DNA of 64,000 nucleotides from an uncultured archaeon (GCA_964558645.1 CAZLEV010000013.1:44995-108994); one strand, 5' to 3'. Counted from the stretch's first letter, positions 39,807 through 49,869 are shown. Numbers and translations: made by a program. Notes: generated by a model from the letters alone, not told the origin.

Positions 39807-40559
39807 TCACTCCCGCTGAGTCCAGCCCTCTACTTTGGGGATTCGATGGATCAACAACGACTCTTTTGCGAGAGTTCCGAGTTCCTTGGCTTCAGACTCA
39901 GTGAGATGCACACGGGGTTCTGAAGGCGATTCCTCACCAAGGGTGGCCTCGATGATGGCAAGGTCAACATCGCGGACAATCTCTTTTGCCGCGTCGCACA
40001 TACGAGTGTCGCCCGTGTATCCAATTTCGGTCTGACCAATCCGGACTCTATAACCCAGAGCCGGCATAAGCCTATCCTCTCCCGAAACATTCTCCATACC
40101 GAAGTGCTCGACTTCTTCTGCTCTCACCTTGAAGAAGTCAGTATCAAATCCTAATCCGTGGCCCACTTCATGACAGAAGGTACGGAAGGGCATCGATTCC
40201 CGATGACATCTTCGATACTCAGCAATCAGGTTATGTGCCTCAACACATCCACTGGGAATAAGGATGTTCAGGGTCCTCTTTCGCTGCATCATTCTCATGA
40301 ACCCGATTAGTGAATAGAGACCGCCAATGTGATCGAAATGTCCATGGGTTATGGCAATAAGATCCGTTTCATTCACAAAGTTGGGTCCCTCTGTTGCCAG
40401 CAAATCCCTCAAGGCACCGTCCCCAGTGTCCATGAGCATAAGCTTTCCCGTGAACTTGGAAAAGACTCTGATTGTCGTACTGACACCGGCTGCGCTATAA
40501 GGAATCTCTACTCTGACTTCATCATTCTCCCATCCGTATGAAAACCGGGATTCACTCAT
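39807..40559 (-). CDS. Metallo-beta-lactamase fold hydrolase (RNase Z-like)
   Basis: DTGDG, THGHFDHIGG, YTGDT, EAT, VHL, LIH. Confidence 0.85.
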   Translation of the reverse strand: MSESRFSYGWENDEVRVEIPYSAAGVSTTIRVFSKFTGKLMLMDTGDGALRDLLATEGPNFVNETDLIAITHGHFDHIGGLYSLIGFMRMMQRKRTLNILIPSGCVEAHNLIAEYRRCHRESMPFRTFCHEVGHGLGFDTDFFKVRAEEVEHFGMENVSGEDRLMPALGYRVRIGQTEIGYTGDTRMCDAAKEIVRDVDLAIIEATLGEESPSEPRVHLTESEAKELGTLAKESLLIHRIPKVEGWTQRE

Positions 40560-40838
40560 AATGATTCACCACCAACTGACGGCCCAACCTAGATGATAGG
40601 TCTTTGCCTACACTAGATGAGGAGGTAAGGAGAGAAAAATGTCACGTTCTTGTGATTTCAGAGGGCTGCTAGTTAGCAGGCTCTTGTAAGGACAACATGA
40701 CCATAACATGTCCATAACTTAATCATCCAAAACGACAGGGCAGCAGCACTTCCGAGCGATCCTCAATCAAAGAAAGTAGGAGAGCGGGACCTGACAAATG
40801 AGCTTCTGCAACCCATGACGGCCCCGAACATCTCCAAA

Positions 40839-42062
40839 CTAATCATATCCCAACTTGGGCATTCTTGCAAGAAAGTTCATGCAATACCCAATCAGGACAG
40901 ATACCACAAGCCCCATTGCGGTTGTGAGGAGGACATCTACCCAAGAGGGAATTGCACCGCTGATCAGTTGCATCCAGCTCCAATAGGTTCCGGCCAAGGT
41001 CATGCCAGAAAATGCAACTTTCTTCAAGGGTACTTTGACGCTCTTCGTCTGGAAGACACCCATCTCCGTGAGAGCTGCAGCAAGCGCACCGGCCTTATCG
41101 GGCTTGAGCTTTAGACGTTTGGCGAACTTGCCAACAGGTACCTTGGAGCCGTACGGTACGGCCTTTAGAGCCTTTGGAGCATACTTACCTATGTCTTTCG
41201 AGAAGAAGTCAGTCGCCTCTGATGCCCGAAGACTGCATTTAGAGCAATTGTCTGAGTCTTCCTTCCACTTCTTGCCACAGCGTGGACAGCGAGTCTTGTC
41301 CCACGACTTGCTGGCGGCTTGGGCCACTCGCCTTACAAGTTCCTCTTTCTCTATCTTCTCTGAGCCATCCTTCTTGTGCCTGCGGAGGACCACCGCACGT
41401 GGAAAGATTCCAATGCCTGATGCACTGCCCGCACGACGTACCTTACTTGCCGCAATAATACCCTGTTGGAAATCATCAAGCGCCATGAGAAGACCAAATA
41501 CTGACATGAGCGTGAAGCCAACTGTGAGAAGACCTGTTACCGAATAGACAACTCCGAATCCTGTTCCTCCGAGCCGTAGGATGAAGAAATCGGATACCGT
41601 GACATTGGTGTCAGGGCTGCTGGATAAGGCGTATACAAATGAAAACGTGCCATTGATTATCCCCGTGACTAGAGGTAGACCTCCAACACTCAAAAGGGAT
41701 CCCAATGGCAGGGATTCATTCATCAGTTCTTGAGTTGTACCCGAGGAGACGGGAACACCAAATGGAAAAGCCTGGTCAATAATGGGAAAGCCTAGGTATT
41801 GCATCACGAAAGCACCGGACTTCAGAATGATGTCAGCTCCAGTATCAATTCGAAGCTCTATGCTGAGGTCAGCATCTACTCCCACTTCTATGGGATTCTC
41901 TGCATCAGAGTCTGCAATCGATATTCCATTAATCTCCATCTGAAATGCAAGATTTCCATCTCCACTCCATCCCGGGGGTTGAGCGTCTATCGGGGTAAGG
42001 AGTGCAGACCACATGAAGAGGGTCATCATAACGAGGGCTGCTAGCGGTAGATTACGCTTCAT
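40839..42062 (-). CDS. Membrane protein with extracellular domain, Zn ribbon and possible winged helix
   Basis: Signal peptide; TM; CPRC..CSKC; VGKFAKRLKLKPDKAGALAAALTEMG; two terminal TM helices. Confidence 0.75.
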   Translation of the reverse strand: MKRNLPLAALVMMTLFMWSALLTPIDAQPPGWSGDGNLAFQMEINGISIADSDAENPIEVGVDADLSIELRIDTGADIILKSGAFVMQYLGFPIIDQAFPFGVPVSSGTTQELMNESLPLGSLLSVGGLPLVTGIINGTFSFVYALSSSPDTNVTVSDFFILRLGGTGFGVVYSVTGLLTVGFTLMSVFGLLMALDDFQQGIIAASKVRRAGSASGIGIFPRAVVLRRHKKDGSEKIEKEELVRRVAQAASKSWDKTRCPRCGKKWKEDSDNCSKCSLRASEATDFFSKDIGKYAPKALKAVPYGSKVPVGKFAKRLKLKPDKAGALAAALTEMGVFQTKSVKVPLKKVAFSGMTLAGTYWSWMQLISGAIPSWVDVLLTTAMGLVVSVLIGYCMNFLARMPKLGYD

Positions 42063-42153
42063 CGTTTCTCATTCCTAGAGTTGTCTGAATGAATATCTGC
42101 AGTATCGCTTTAATTCATTGTGTGAGCTTATATGCGAATTCTCGGGCGTCAAG

Positions 42154-42519
42154 TCATCTCTTTCCCAGTGCCTCATCTATCTGTCTGTCGAACTCTTCGT
42201 CGTCATCTGGGTCGAAGAACACATAGCGGGTTGATCCACTCTCTCCAGCAGGAACCCAGTTAGATGCAGCGCCAACTATAGTACCCCCGATACAAGATAG
42301 AATCTGTAGACCAAAGAAGTAGGTGCCTGTCACTGTCGTGAAAGCAACAAGAAATAGTCCCAGAATCAACCCGCCTATGAAACCGAATGACACGATTATT
42401 GCTATCCTGTTTCTAACACCGAGTTGGCCCTGTCCTGCAATGACGTAACCAGAACCCAGTCCGACCAAGAGAGAGGGAACAAGGAATATCATGAGAAGGG
42501 GGTCTAGTGTATACTGCAA
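42154..42519 (-). CDS. Small 3-TM membrane protein with acidic tail
   Basis: Three hydrophobic segments; FDPDDDEEFDRQIDEAL. Confidence 0.75.
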   Translation of the reverse strand: MQYTLDPLLMIFLVPSLLVGLGSGYVIAGQGQLGVRNRIAIIVSFGFIGGLILGLFLVAFTTVTGTYFFGLQILSCIGGTIVGAASNWVPAGESGSTRYVFFDPDDDEEFDRQIDEALGKR

Positions 42520-42596
42520 CTGGATGCACCAATATCATTGATAGCAGTGCCACATTAGAGCATTGTGGAGGTGTCGCTGTGTTGCGGCATGCCGAA

Positions 42597-43175
42597 CTAC
42601 CACTTGTTCCAGTGGACAATATCATCAGAGGGGCGACGGCTTGTGCGAGTGGTTTCCTTCTCTCGTGTCTCTTCATCAAGGCTGTCCAAGTCCGCTCGGT
42701 AACCGAAGAAGACTACAGTCACGATACGGTACTCGTCAGGTATGCCTACTGCTACTTTGAGTCCGTCTTCGTCCCATCCTGCAGTTGGATGGCCCATCAG
42801 ACCAATGTGAACCGCCTGAAGAAGCATGTTTTGAACAGCCAGTCCTACATCCATCATGAAGTAGGGTAGGCCGTGGGAGGGGCAACCTGCGTCTTCCTTT
42901 GCAGCAACAATTACCATCACAGGAGCCACCTTCGCCCAAGCGTTCCCACGACTTAGATGTTCATGACCTTCTTCCAATGCAGCTTCGTCTTTGAGTACTA
43001 CAAAGTTCCATGCTTGAGTATTTGAACACGAAGGAGCCCATCGCCCTGCTTCAAGTATGGACTTGATGGCTTCATCACCGACAGGTTTCTCAGAATAGGC
43101 TCTGCCGCTGTGGCGTTTCATAATCTCCTCTAGTATCTCTACCAATGGGATCTCTCCATTTTCTCGTTGATACAC
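42597..43175 (-). CDS. Nitroreductase family protein
   Basis: RHSGRAY, APSCSNTQAW, DVGLAVQNMLLQA..GL; the true start is probably slightly downstream. Confidence 0.92.
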   Translation of the reverse strand: MYQRENGEIPLVEILEEIMKRHSGRAYSEKPVGDEAIKSILEAGRWAPSCSNTQAWNFVVLKDEAALEEGHEHLSRGNAWAKVAPVMVIVAAKEDAGCPSHGLPYFMMDVGLAVQNMLLQAVHIGLMGHPTAGWDEDGLKVAVGIPDEYRIVTVVFFGYRADLDSLDEETREKETTRTSRRPSDDIVHWNKW

Positions 43176-43451
43176 TTGGGACCAATCAGTCTTTTAATAA
43201 CATGGTCTGACCGCAGTGACTGGGCATATCCTGATGCCCGCAGGTCTTGCCCATCCAGCAGACCAGTTGGTCACCTTCTTGATGCATCTCTTTACCACAA
43301 TGGACAGGAACAGACACTTCTTTCCCACACAGTTCACAAACAAGTTTAGCCATTTGATTCTACACCTCAGTCCTACAACTGGTGTTTAACAATCGTGAAT
43401 GATTCCCTTATGAATGTGTTCTTAGGGGAGGCTTGCAGAGAGCCGTAGGCT

Positions 43452-43862
43452 CTACTTGAAATCGCCTAGTCGATTCTCACCGGTTATCTCCTGAAGAGGA
43501 GTGAGATTCAGAGTTGCTTCCAGAGTGCCAAGATACTTTCCATCGTTATCTCGAATCGCAAAATACCTGATGAGGAGCTTCCGCGGTTCTCCTTCCGCCG
43601 GTAAGTCGATCCAGAAATCGACATGGTCCTTCTCTCCCGAACGGAGAGACTCAATCACCTCCAGGACCTTGTCCAGCGACTTTTTGGGATGACAATTACG
43701 TACATCCTTCCCAAGTACCCCATATCCACGACGGAAGATGCGGGTTTCGTGCTGATTCCAGAATCGCACCTTATCGTCAGCATCGATGACTGAGAACTCC
43801 ATCGGGAAGGCGTCAAGCATTGCCGCCAAGAACTCATCATCCATCTTCTTAAGAGCGTCCAA
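43452..43862 (-). CDS. Stand-alone PAS domain protein (PAS_10-like)
   Basis: IDADDKVRFWN..RIFRR..LGKDVRNCHPKKS..FWID..IRYFAIRD..YLGTLE. Confidence 0.85.
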   Translation of the reverse strand: MDALKKMDDEFLAAMLDAFPMEFSVIDADDKVRFWNQHETRIFRRGYGVLGKDVRNCHPKKSLDKVLEVIESLRSGEKDHVDFWIDLPAEGEPRKLLIRYFAIRDNDGKYLGTLEATLNLTPLQEITGENRLGDFK

Positions 43863-44109
43863 GAGAGGATCGTTGTCGTTCAGTTACGTTCACCAAGACT
43901 GCTGCTGACTGTATTGCGTCATAAGTGTTGTGCGATGAATGGAAAGGTAAGTGCAGGAGCGTCCGATGCGGGATATCCGCAACATCTTGCCTATCGGAGG
44001 AGATGTGTCATTTTCTCAAGACACCTTACGAAACTCAGATACTGGCCAATGAAGCAGTAGGATTATTAAGCGAGTTGTTCACCCTATCCAACCGCTGGTT
44101 GACGATACC

Positions 44110-44814
44110 ATGCAGCCCACACGCACGCCACCAGACGGAGGAACCTTGGTGGTCGAAGTAACGCTGCTCTGCAAATCTCGAGAGGGTAGTGCAGAGGAGA
44201 TTCGCCTTTCTGATGACATACGCGAATTGAATCTCTCGTATCGGAGGATATCCGAGATAGACCTTCGCCCTCTGGCCAAATGTCAGAATCTTGAAATTCT
44301 TGACCTGTCAGACAATCTCATCAGCGAGATAAATCTCTGGCCTTTGATGAAATGCAAGCAGCTGAAACAACTAAGACTGTGCCGTAATAGATTCAAACGA
44401 ATCGATGTCACACCGCTTTTGGACATTCCGCAGTTAAGAACCATTGATATAGATGATACAGTCGAGATTGTAGCGAACTACGACATGCGCACGAGGAGGA
44501 TAAAGGGGATATCTCTCGAGGAGCTCCGAAGCAAGCATCCATTGAGATGGCGATTCGACTCGGAGACAATGGATCCATTGATTGAAGTGGAGAGAGTTCG
44601 AAACAAGCTCTTCACCGAGCTGAATGAAATCTACTGTAGCCCCGATAATCGCCAAGTTATCCATGCAGAGATGATGTGCAGACTGCAATCGGCCTTAGAA
44701 GACGCCCTTGTCCATGAGATTGCCAACGCGGAAAGAGCTGAAAACTACAAGAAACTGTATGTTCTCCAGAGAGGCCTAGAATACATAAAGCATAACACCC
44801 CAGCTGCCATATAG
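44110..44814 (+). CDS. Leucine-rich repeat protein with helical C-terminal domain
   Basis: 22-aa units IDLxPLxxCxNLExLxLSxNxI; start may be TTG/GTG after GGAGGA at about 44146. Confidence 0.85.
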   Translation: MQPTRTPPDGGTLVVEVTLLCKSREGSAEEIRLSDDIRELNLSYRRISEIDLRPLAKCQNLEILDLSDNLISEINLWPLMKCKQLKQLRLCRNRFKRIDVTPLLDIPQLRTIDIDDTVEIVANYDMRTRRIKGISLEELRSKHPLRWRFDSETMDPLIEVERVRNKLFTELNEIYCSPDNRQVIHAEMMCRLQSALEDALVHEIANAERAENYKKLYVLQRGLEYIKHNTPAAI

Positions 44815-44863
44815 GTATCTTGGCTAAGCAAGAGATGGATTGTTGTCCATCTGACTTCGATCT

Positions 44864-45403
44864 ATGCTGAATGGTGAAGGCACGTCTGGAGGACACGTTG
44901 GTTTGGACCAGATTATTCTACGCTACAAGACCACGACCGGACTGGAGAAGATGACCCGTATAAGAACAGATGAGTCACACATCAACTTGGAAGTACGGGA
45001 CATCCAGACCATCGACTTGCTACCTCTAATCTGGTGCGGAAATCTGGAGGGATTAAGCCTCAGCTATAACGCACTCGAAGAAATAGACCTTTCACCACTC
45101 AATCGATGTCCTAATCTGCAGGGACTCTGGCTAAGTCATAATAGGCTGAAGGTTGTCGATTTCTCCCCACTTGCTAAGTGCTCTCAGCTCGAGGAGGTCT
45201 GCCTTCAGAACAATGATATCAAGAGACTGGATGTTTCCGGGCTCTTCAATTGTCGCAATCTCCAAGTTCTAAGGTTGGATGAAGATGTGACCCTGACCGC
45301 TGATGTCTTTCTCAAGTCGATCGGAAACTGGCCAGACCTGCTTGTGAAGTACTACGACAAGATACTCTGGCGCTCAAATGTGGATTGGGGAAGACTGAAG
45401 TAA
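44864..45403 (+). CDS. Leucine-rich repeat protein (paralog)
   Basis: IDLLPLIWCGNLEGLSLSYN, IDLSPLNRCPNLQGLWLSHN, and similar units. Confidence 0.85.
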   Translation: MLNGEGTSGGHVGLDQIILRYKTTTGLEKMTRIRTDESHINLEVRDIQTIDLLPLIWCGNLEGLSLSYNALEEIDLSPLNRCPNLQGLWLSHNRLKVVDFSPLAKCSQLEEVCLQNNDIKRLDVSGLFNCRNLQVLRLDEDVTLTADVFLKSIGNWPDLLVKYYDKILWRSNVDWGRLK

Positions 45404-45418
45404 TTCGGCATGCTAGGA

Positions 45419-46417
45419 CTACTCGACAGCTCCCAGCTCACTCATATTACCAACAACTTCAAGGCCAGCATTCATTCCCGTCCCCTCGAAGAGCAGTTCG
45501 TTCTGTCCGTCAGTTGTTTCATAGAGTTTCAGATGAATCTCGGCAGTTAGACTCTCAACAATTCGACCGTCCATCAGACCACTCTCAGGAGAGCGCAGTG
45601 TCGCTCCTCCAGAACGAGATGCATTCACCAAGAGATTATGCTTGCGGTCAGACACCTTGAACTGGACTTCCCTGGGTGTGATCTGAATGTCAGAGACCTT
45701 GGCTCTCGTATATGTCGTGAATCGGTAGACCTTGCCTTCAAAGAGTAATCCGATGAGGAATCCTGCAAAGGACCTTCTAATCCAAGGGATTGTTGCTATC
45801 GAAGATGTGAAAGAGATGCCGGTCTCCTCAAAATGGTTTGACTGCATCCATATCCAAGCACTTGGAAATCCAGCTCCCCAGTCTTTCTCGATGTAGCCGC
45901 GGCCACCAGAGAAATCGATGCTCTGTCCATCAACCTCAATGGAACCATCCAGTGCATGATCGAAACTGAGAATCCCGTGAAGACACTCCATTCCGGGGAT
46001 GAATCGGAATGGGCCCATGGCCCCGGGACTGAGTCGTGACACCGGCCATGGAACTGGTTCTCCGAATCTCACATGACCTCTCACTGTGTCCGCTTCATCG
46101 GCTATATCCAGAGAGATTCCTTGGAGGCTGAAGACATTCTTGTCAATCCAGATCTTGAAGCTGTCATCAGAGGTCTGGAAATCATCGAGCTGGAAATCAT
46201 GATAGGTAGAACGAGCGTTGGGGCCTCTCATGACTTGAATGAATGAGTGTGAGTCCTGAGCGCTATCACCAAAGGAAACGCCCGGGATGATAGCAAGAGA
46301 GTCATCGCGGGCCTCATTGACCATCTTGAAGTACCAGCCCTCGAAGTAGTTCCTCATCTTCGCCCGTCCTTGGTACATCTCGGGTCTCCAAATCGCTCGT
46401 AACCGCCTCGGAATCAT
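45419..46417 (-). CDS. Tocopherol cyclase family protein
   Basis: YFEGWYFK, MGPF..MEC.HGILS, GYIEKDWG..FP..WIW.QSN. Confidence 0.88.
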   Translation of the reverse strand: MIPRRLRAIWRPEMYQGRAKMRNYFEGWYFKMVNEARDDSLAIIPGVSFGDSAQDSHSFIQVMRGPNARSTYHDFQLDDFQTSDDSFKIWIDKNVFSLQGISLDIADEADTVRGHVRFGEPVPWPVSRLSPGAMGPFRFIPGMECLHGILSFDHALDGSIEVDGQSIDFSGGRGYIEKDWGAGFPSAWIWMQSNHFEETGISFTSSIATIPWIRRSFAGFLIGLLFEGKVYRFTTYTRAKVSDIQITPREVQFKVSDRKHNLLVNASRSGGATLRSPESGLMDGRIVESLTAEIHLKLYETTDGQNELLFEGTGMNAGLEVVGNMSELGAVE

Positions 46418-46521
46418 TGAGTTTCAACTACAAGTCTGATAATGATAAGTACCTGTTATTTGTGTCCATCGAGTCGCATAAATCATATTCTCATAGTCCA
46501 CTATGACTGATGTGATACAGA

Positions 46522-47322
46522 ATGGATACAAAGCTTAACGGAAGACATGTGCTGATTAGTGGAGCCTCTGGCGGTATCGGCCATACGACCGCCGAACTCT
46601 TTCTGCAGGAGGGCTGTATGGTAACTGCATGCTATCACACCAAGCCCAGAAACCTAAGTAGACTGAGTACTCAGTATCCTGACACGCTCCTGCTCGCACA
46701 AGTCGATGTCACAGAAGAACAGCAGGTGGAGAAGCTCTTTGAACAGTCGAAGGCCGAGTTTGGCAGGGTAGACATACTGGTCGCAAATGCGGGAATTGCC
46801 AATAATCACGGGCGTGGAATCCACGAGATGCCTGTGGAACAGTGGAACAGGACCTTGGCGGTCAACCTCACCGGCGTGTTTCTCTGTGCAAAGCACTTCT
46901 TCAAGAATCTCGATGAACACCGAGGGGATACGGCAGCACTCGTAATGATAGGTTCTACCGCAGGGATCTTCGGAGAGGCGTGGTACTGCGACTATGCCGC
47001 ATCAAAGGCCGCAATGCACGGTCTGATGATGAGTCTGAAGAATGAGATCGTTCACCTTACTCCACGGGGAAGAGTGAATATCGTGAGTCCTGGCTGGACG
47101 ATGACGCCCATGGCCAAGGGCGCACTTCAGGATAAGGACATGCTGAAGACAATACTCCAGACCGTTCCCCTTCGTAAGACAGCCGTGACAGGCGACATCG
47201 CCAGTGCAATCGTCTTTCTCGCATCAGATCGACTTGCAGGGCACATCAGTGGACAGACCGTCACAGTGGCAGGCGGAATGGAGGGCAGGGTGTTATTCAC
47301 ACGGGATGATTTTGACATGTGA
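46522..47322 (+). CDS. Short-chain dehydrogenase/reductase
   Basis: SGASGGIG, ANAG, YAASK, SPGWT. Confidence 0.92.
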   Translation: MDTKLNGRHVLISGASGGIGHTTAELFLQEGCMVTACYHTKPRNLSRLSTQYPDTLLLAQVDVTEEQQVEKLFEQSKAEFGRVDILVANAGIANNHGRGIHEMPVEQWNRTLAVNLTGVFLCAKHFFKNLDEHRGDTAALVMIGSTAGIFGEAWYCDYAASKAAMHGLMMSLKNEIVHLTPRGRVNIVSPGWTMTPMAKGALQDKDMLKTILQTVPLRKTAVTGDIASAIVFLASDRLAGHISGQTVTVAGGMEGRVLFTRDDFDM

Positions 47323-47357
47323 CCCCAGAGCCAAGCGTTTATATCTTAATGATACAT

Positions 47358-47376
47358 ATATGTAATAGCTACATAT
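47358..47376. promoter_or_regulatory. Palindromic operator, candidate PadR site
   Basis: ATATGTA-ATAGC-TACATAT lying between a TTTATAT box (47338-47344) and the start of an operon containing padR. Confidence 0.6.
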
Positions 47377-47396
47377 TGGATATGGAGGCATATGGA

Positions 47397-47888
47397 ATGG
47401 CAAATCTATTGGTTCTGGGAATTGTGAAATTCCTTCACGATCTCTTTACAACAATATGGGTCGGCGGATTAATCACACTGGGAATCAGCGTCATGCCATC
47501 GGTCAAGAAATCAATGGGAATGGGGCCGGAGGCAAACAAGTTGATGGACACCATCAGGAAGAAACTCAGCATATTGGTCTATGTCAGCATAATTGGCCTG
47601 TTCGTAACTGGGCTGTTGATGGGAAATAGCTCGCCCCTCTATTCAGGCGTTCTGTCCATCAGTAACGAGTATTCGGCCCTGCTAACGGCGAAGCATCTCG
47701 TCGTTGCATTGATGGTAGTCCTGGCCCTTGTCAGAAGTCGAGTTCTTCCGAGAATGTCGCTAGAGGACATGAAGAAGACAAAGATGGGTGCAAGACTAAC
47801 AATCCTAAACATGATCCTCGGAATCGTAGTACTGCTACTGAGTGCATTCGCCTCTGCGATGACCATCGTCGCACTTTCTTCAGGCTAA
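47397..47888 (+). CDS. CopD/DUF4149-like 4-TM membrane protein
   Basis: FLHDLFTTIWVGG, LFVTG, KH; GGAGG upstream. Confidence 0.75.
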   Translation: MANLLVLGIVKFLHDLFTTIWVGGLITLGISVMPSVKKSMGMGPEANKLMDTIRKKLSILVYVSIIGLFVTGLLMGNSSPLYSGVLSISNEYSALLTAKHLVVALMVVLALVRSRVLPRMSLEDMKKTKMGARLTILNMILGIVVLLLSAFASAMTIVALSSG

Positions 47889-47933
47889 AAAGCGGATACT
47901 ATCCTCCGACGGTCTAGAGTAGGTTATGAAATC

Positions 47934-48329
47934 GTGACAAAACACAGCGGGCAACATAAAGATCACCCTTCAGGCGAACAAGAGTATAGTCCACTTGAAC
48001 CACTTCCGATTGTCAGGATAATGCTTCTATTGCTGGTACGCGATGAACCCGGATCAACGGGGTATGATCTGATAGGACTGATAGAAGAACTAACCCATGG
48101 TCATGCGATGATCCAGTCAGGCACCGTCTATGGGGAGCTGCGTAGACTGGAGAAGCATGGGATGCTCACTTCTCAGAGAGAGAAGGATGGCAGGCGGAGA
48201 AGGGAATATCAGATAACGGAGCAGGGTGAACAGGAGCTTGCAATGCTGATGGCTCAGGTGAGGATGCGAACTAGGACTGTTCTAAAGCCCTTACTCTCTC
48301 GATACTACGAAGAGGACACTAGCGAATAA
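47934..48329 (+). CDS. PadR family transcriptional regulator
   Basis: GYDLI..GTVYGELRRLEKHG..RRREYQITEQG. Confidence 0.92.
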   Translation: MTKHSGQHKDHPSGEQEYSPLEPLPIVRIMLLLLVRDEPGSTGYDLIGLIEELTHGHAMIQSGTVYGELRRLEKHGMLTSQREKDGRRRREYQITEQGEQELAMLMAQVRMRTRTVLKPLLSRYYEEDTSE

Positions 48330-48341
48330 TAGGAGGCATCA

Positions 48342-49112
48342 TTGTTGAGAGCTATGGGTTTTGATGAAGTTGCACTTGCCTATGACTCTTCAATAGACTG
48401 GGAAGCACGCCTTTCTAGAGAGATTCCATTTATGATTGAATCAACTGGGAGCATCGACCAGAAACGCGTACTTGATCTGGCCTGTGGTACGGGGAGGCAT
48501 GCAATTGTTTTGAGTAAGCTAGGTGCAACTGTCGTGGGTATCGATAGTAGCGAAACGATGATTAATCAGGCAAGAAAGCTAGCTGCAGAGGAGCATGCTG
48601 ATGTTAAATTCTTGATTGCAGACATGAAAGAGATGCACGTGTTACTTCGAAACAAGTTCGATCTTGTCATATGTCTGGGTAACTCCTTGGCGCTTCTCAG
48701 TAATCTAGACTCATTGAAAGAGGTGATATCAGACATAAGAGACATACTCGTTCCGGGCGGCAGATTCATCGCACAGATTCTCAACTTCGAAGAAATCCTC
48801 AATTCACGGTTCCGCTATATGCCTCCGAAGTCCGGGCGAACCGTAGACGGAAACGAGATTGTCTTCTTCCGCTTCTTCTCTCATGCTGATGAATCAGAGG
48901 TTTCTACACTCATACTCAGTGCATTCGAGAGAAGAGGAGCTGAATGGGAAGTAACGATGCGCTCCATGGATGTATTGCAACTCAATCACGACATTATTGG
49001 GAGTATGATGACTGCTGCTGGGTTCACGCGTTTCAGATACTATTCGTCCTATGAGGGGGTGCCTTTCAATAGCAGGAGAGACAGAAACCTCATTGCTGTC
49101 GCTATCAAGTAA
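48342..49112 (+). CDS. Class I SAM-dependent methyltransferase
   Basis: VLDLACGTGRHA, GIDSS, FDLVICLGNSL, LVPGG. Confidence 0.92.
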   Translation: MLRAMGFDEVALAYDSSIDWEARLSREIPFMIESTGSIDQKRVLDLACGTGRHAIVLSKLGATVVGIDSSETMINQARKLAAEEHADVKFLIADMKEMHVLLRNKFDLVICLGNSLALLSNLDSLKEVISDIRDILVPGGRFIAQILNFEEILNSRFRYMPPKSGRTVDGNEIVFFRFFSHADESEVSTLILSAFERRGAEWEVTMRSMDVLQLNHDIIGSMMTAAGFTRFRYYSSYEGVPFNSRRDRNLIAVAIK

Positions 49113-49153
49113 CATGAGAAACAGTCGCCGGTTTTCGGCGCCCATTTATGTTT

Positions 49154-49717
49154 CTATGGCCAGACATCTTCCTGTTCAGGCTCTGTGATTTCCTCTGTTT
49201 CTTCTTTCTCCCACCACATCTGCTCATTATCGCTTTCAATCCATGTTGGTGTGGCAGGTGGTGGCCAAGTCCTCAGAACCAGGTATCCAAGTAGAAGCAC
49301 AATCGGCACGGGAATGAATGCAAAATTGGTACCGCAGGGATAGAAAAGCACCATTATTATGGTCGGAGCCATCATGAAGAGAAACGGCAGCAATTCGGAT
49401 AGAATGCCAACTCGGATTGTTGTCTTTCTTGTCTTTTCAACAGAGTAGCATTTGTGCACGAAATAGATGAAAATGACCTTCAGCCCATAGAGTGGGAAGT
49501 TACTCAACAGCATGATTGGGTTGATGTAAAAGTAACTGTAGCTTCCAAGCGCCAAAATCCATGTTGGTGCGTAGATAGACAGTGTGGAACCGCCGATGTA
49601 TACTGTGAAGACGATAAACATCGGACTAAGCAGCATCACAACAAGTAGGATGGCGGCCATGGTCTGTTGGCTGACAGGCAGGTCATGTCGATATGCAGAG
49701 TTGTCGACGGATTGCAA
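49154..49717 (-). CDS. Hypothetical 4-TM membrane protein (paralog of 59187-59657)
   Basis: Hydrophobic segments; shared pattern FPL..(K/R).IF.Y.V...Y....T..TT..V..L.EL. Confidence 0.75.
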   Translation of the reverse strand: MQSVDNSAYRHDLPVSQQTMAAILLVVMLLSPMFIVFTVYIGGSTLSIYAPTWILALGSYSYFYINPIMLLSNFPLYGLKVIFIYFVHKCYSVEKTRKTTIRVGILSELLPFLFMMAPTIIMVLFYPCGTNFAFIPVPIVLLLGYLVLRTWPPPATPTWIESDNEQMWWEKEETEEITEPEQEDVWP

Positions 49718-49869
49718 TCCATATCCTCCTATGGAACCAAATGCATGTGTTACCTTTACTAGTTTTCTCTATCCGATTGCATACATCTTTGTGAAACTTG
49801 GGCATTCCTAGACATCAATCAGACGACAGTCCTAGACAACTGATAGAACAGTATATCGCTAAGCACGAT

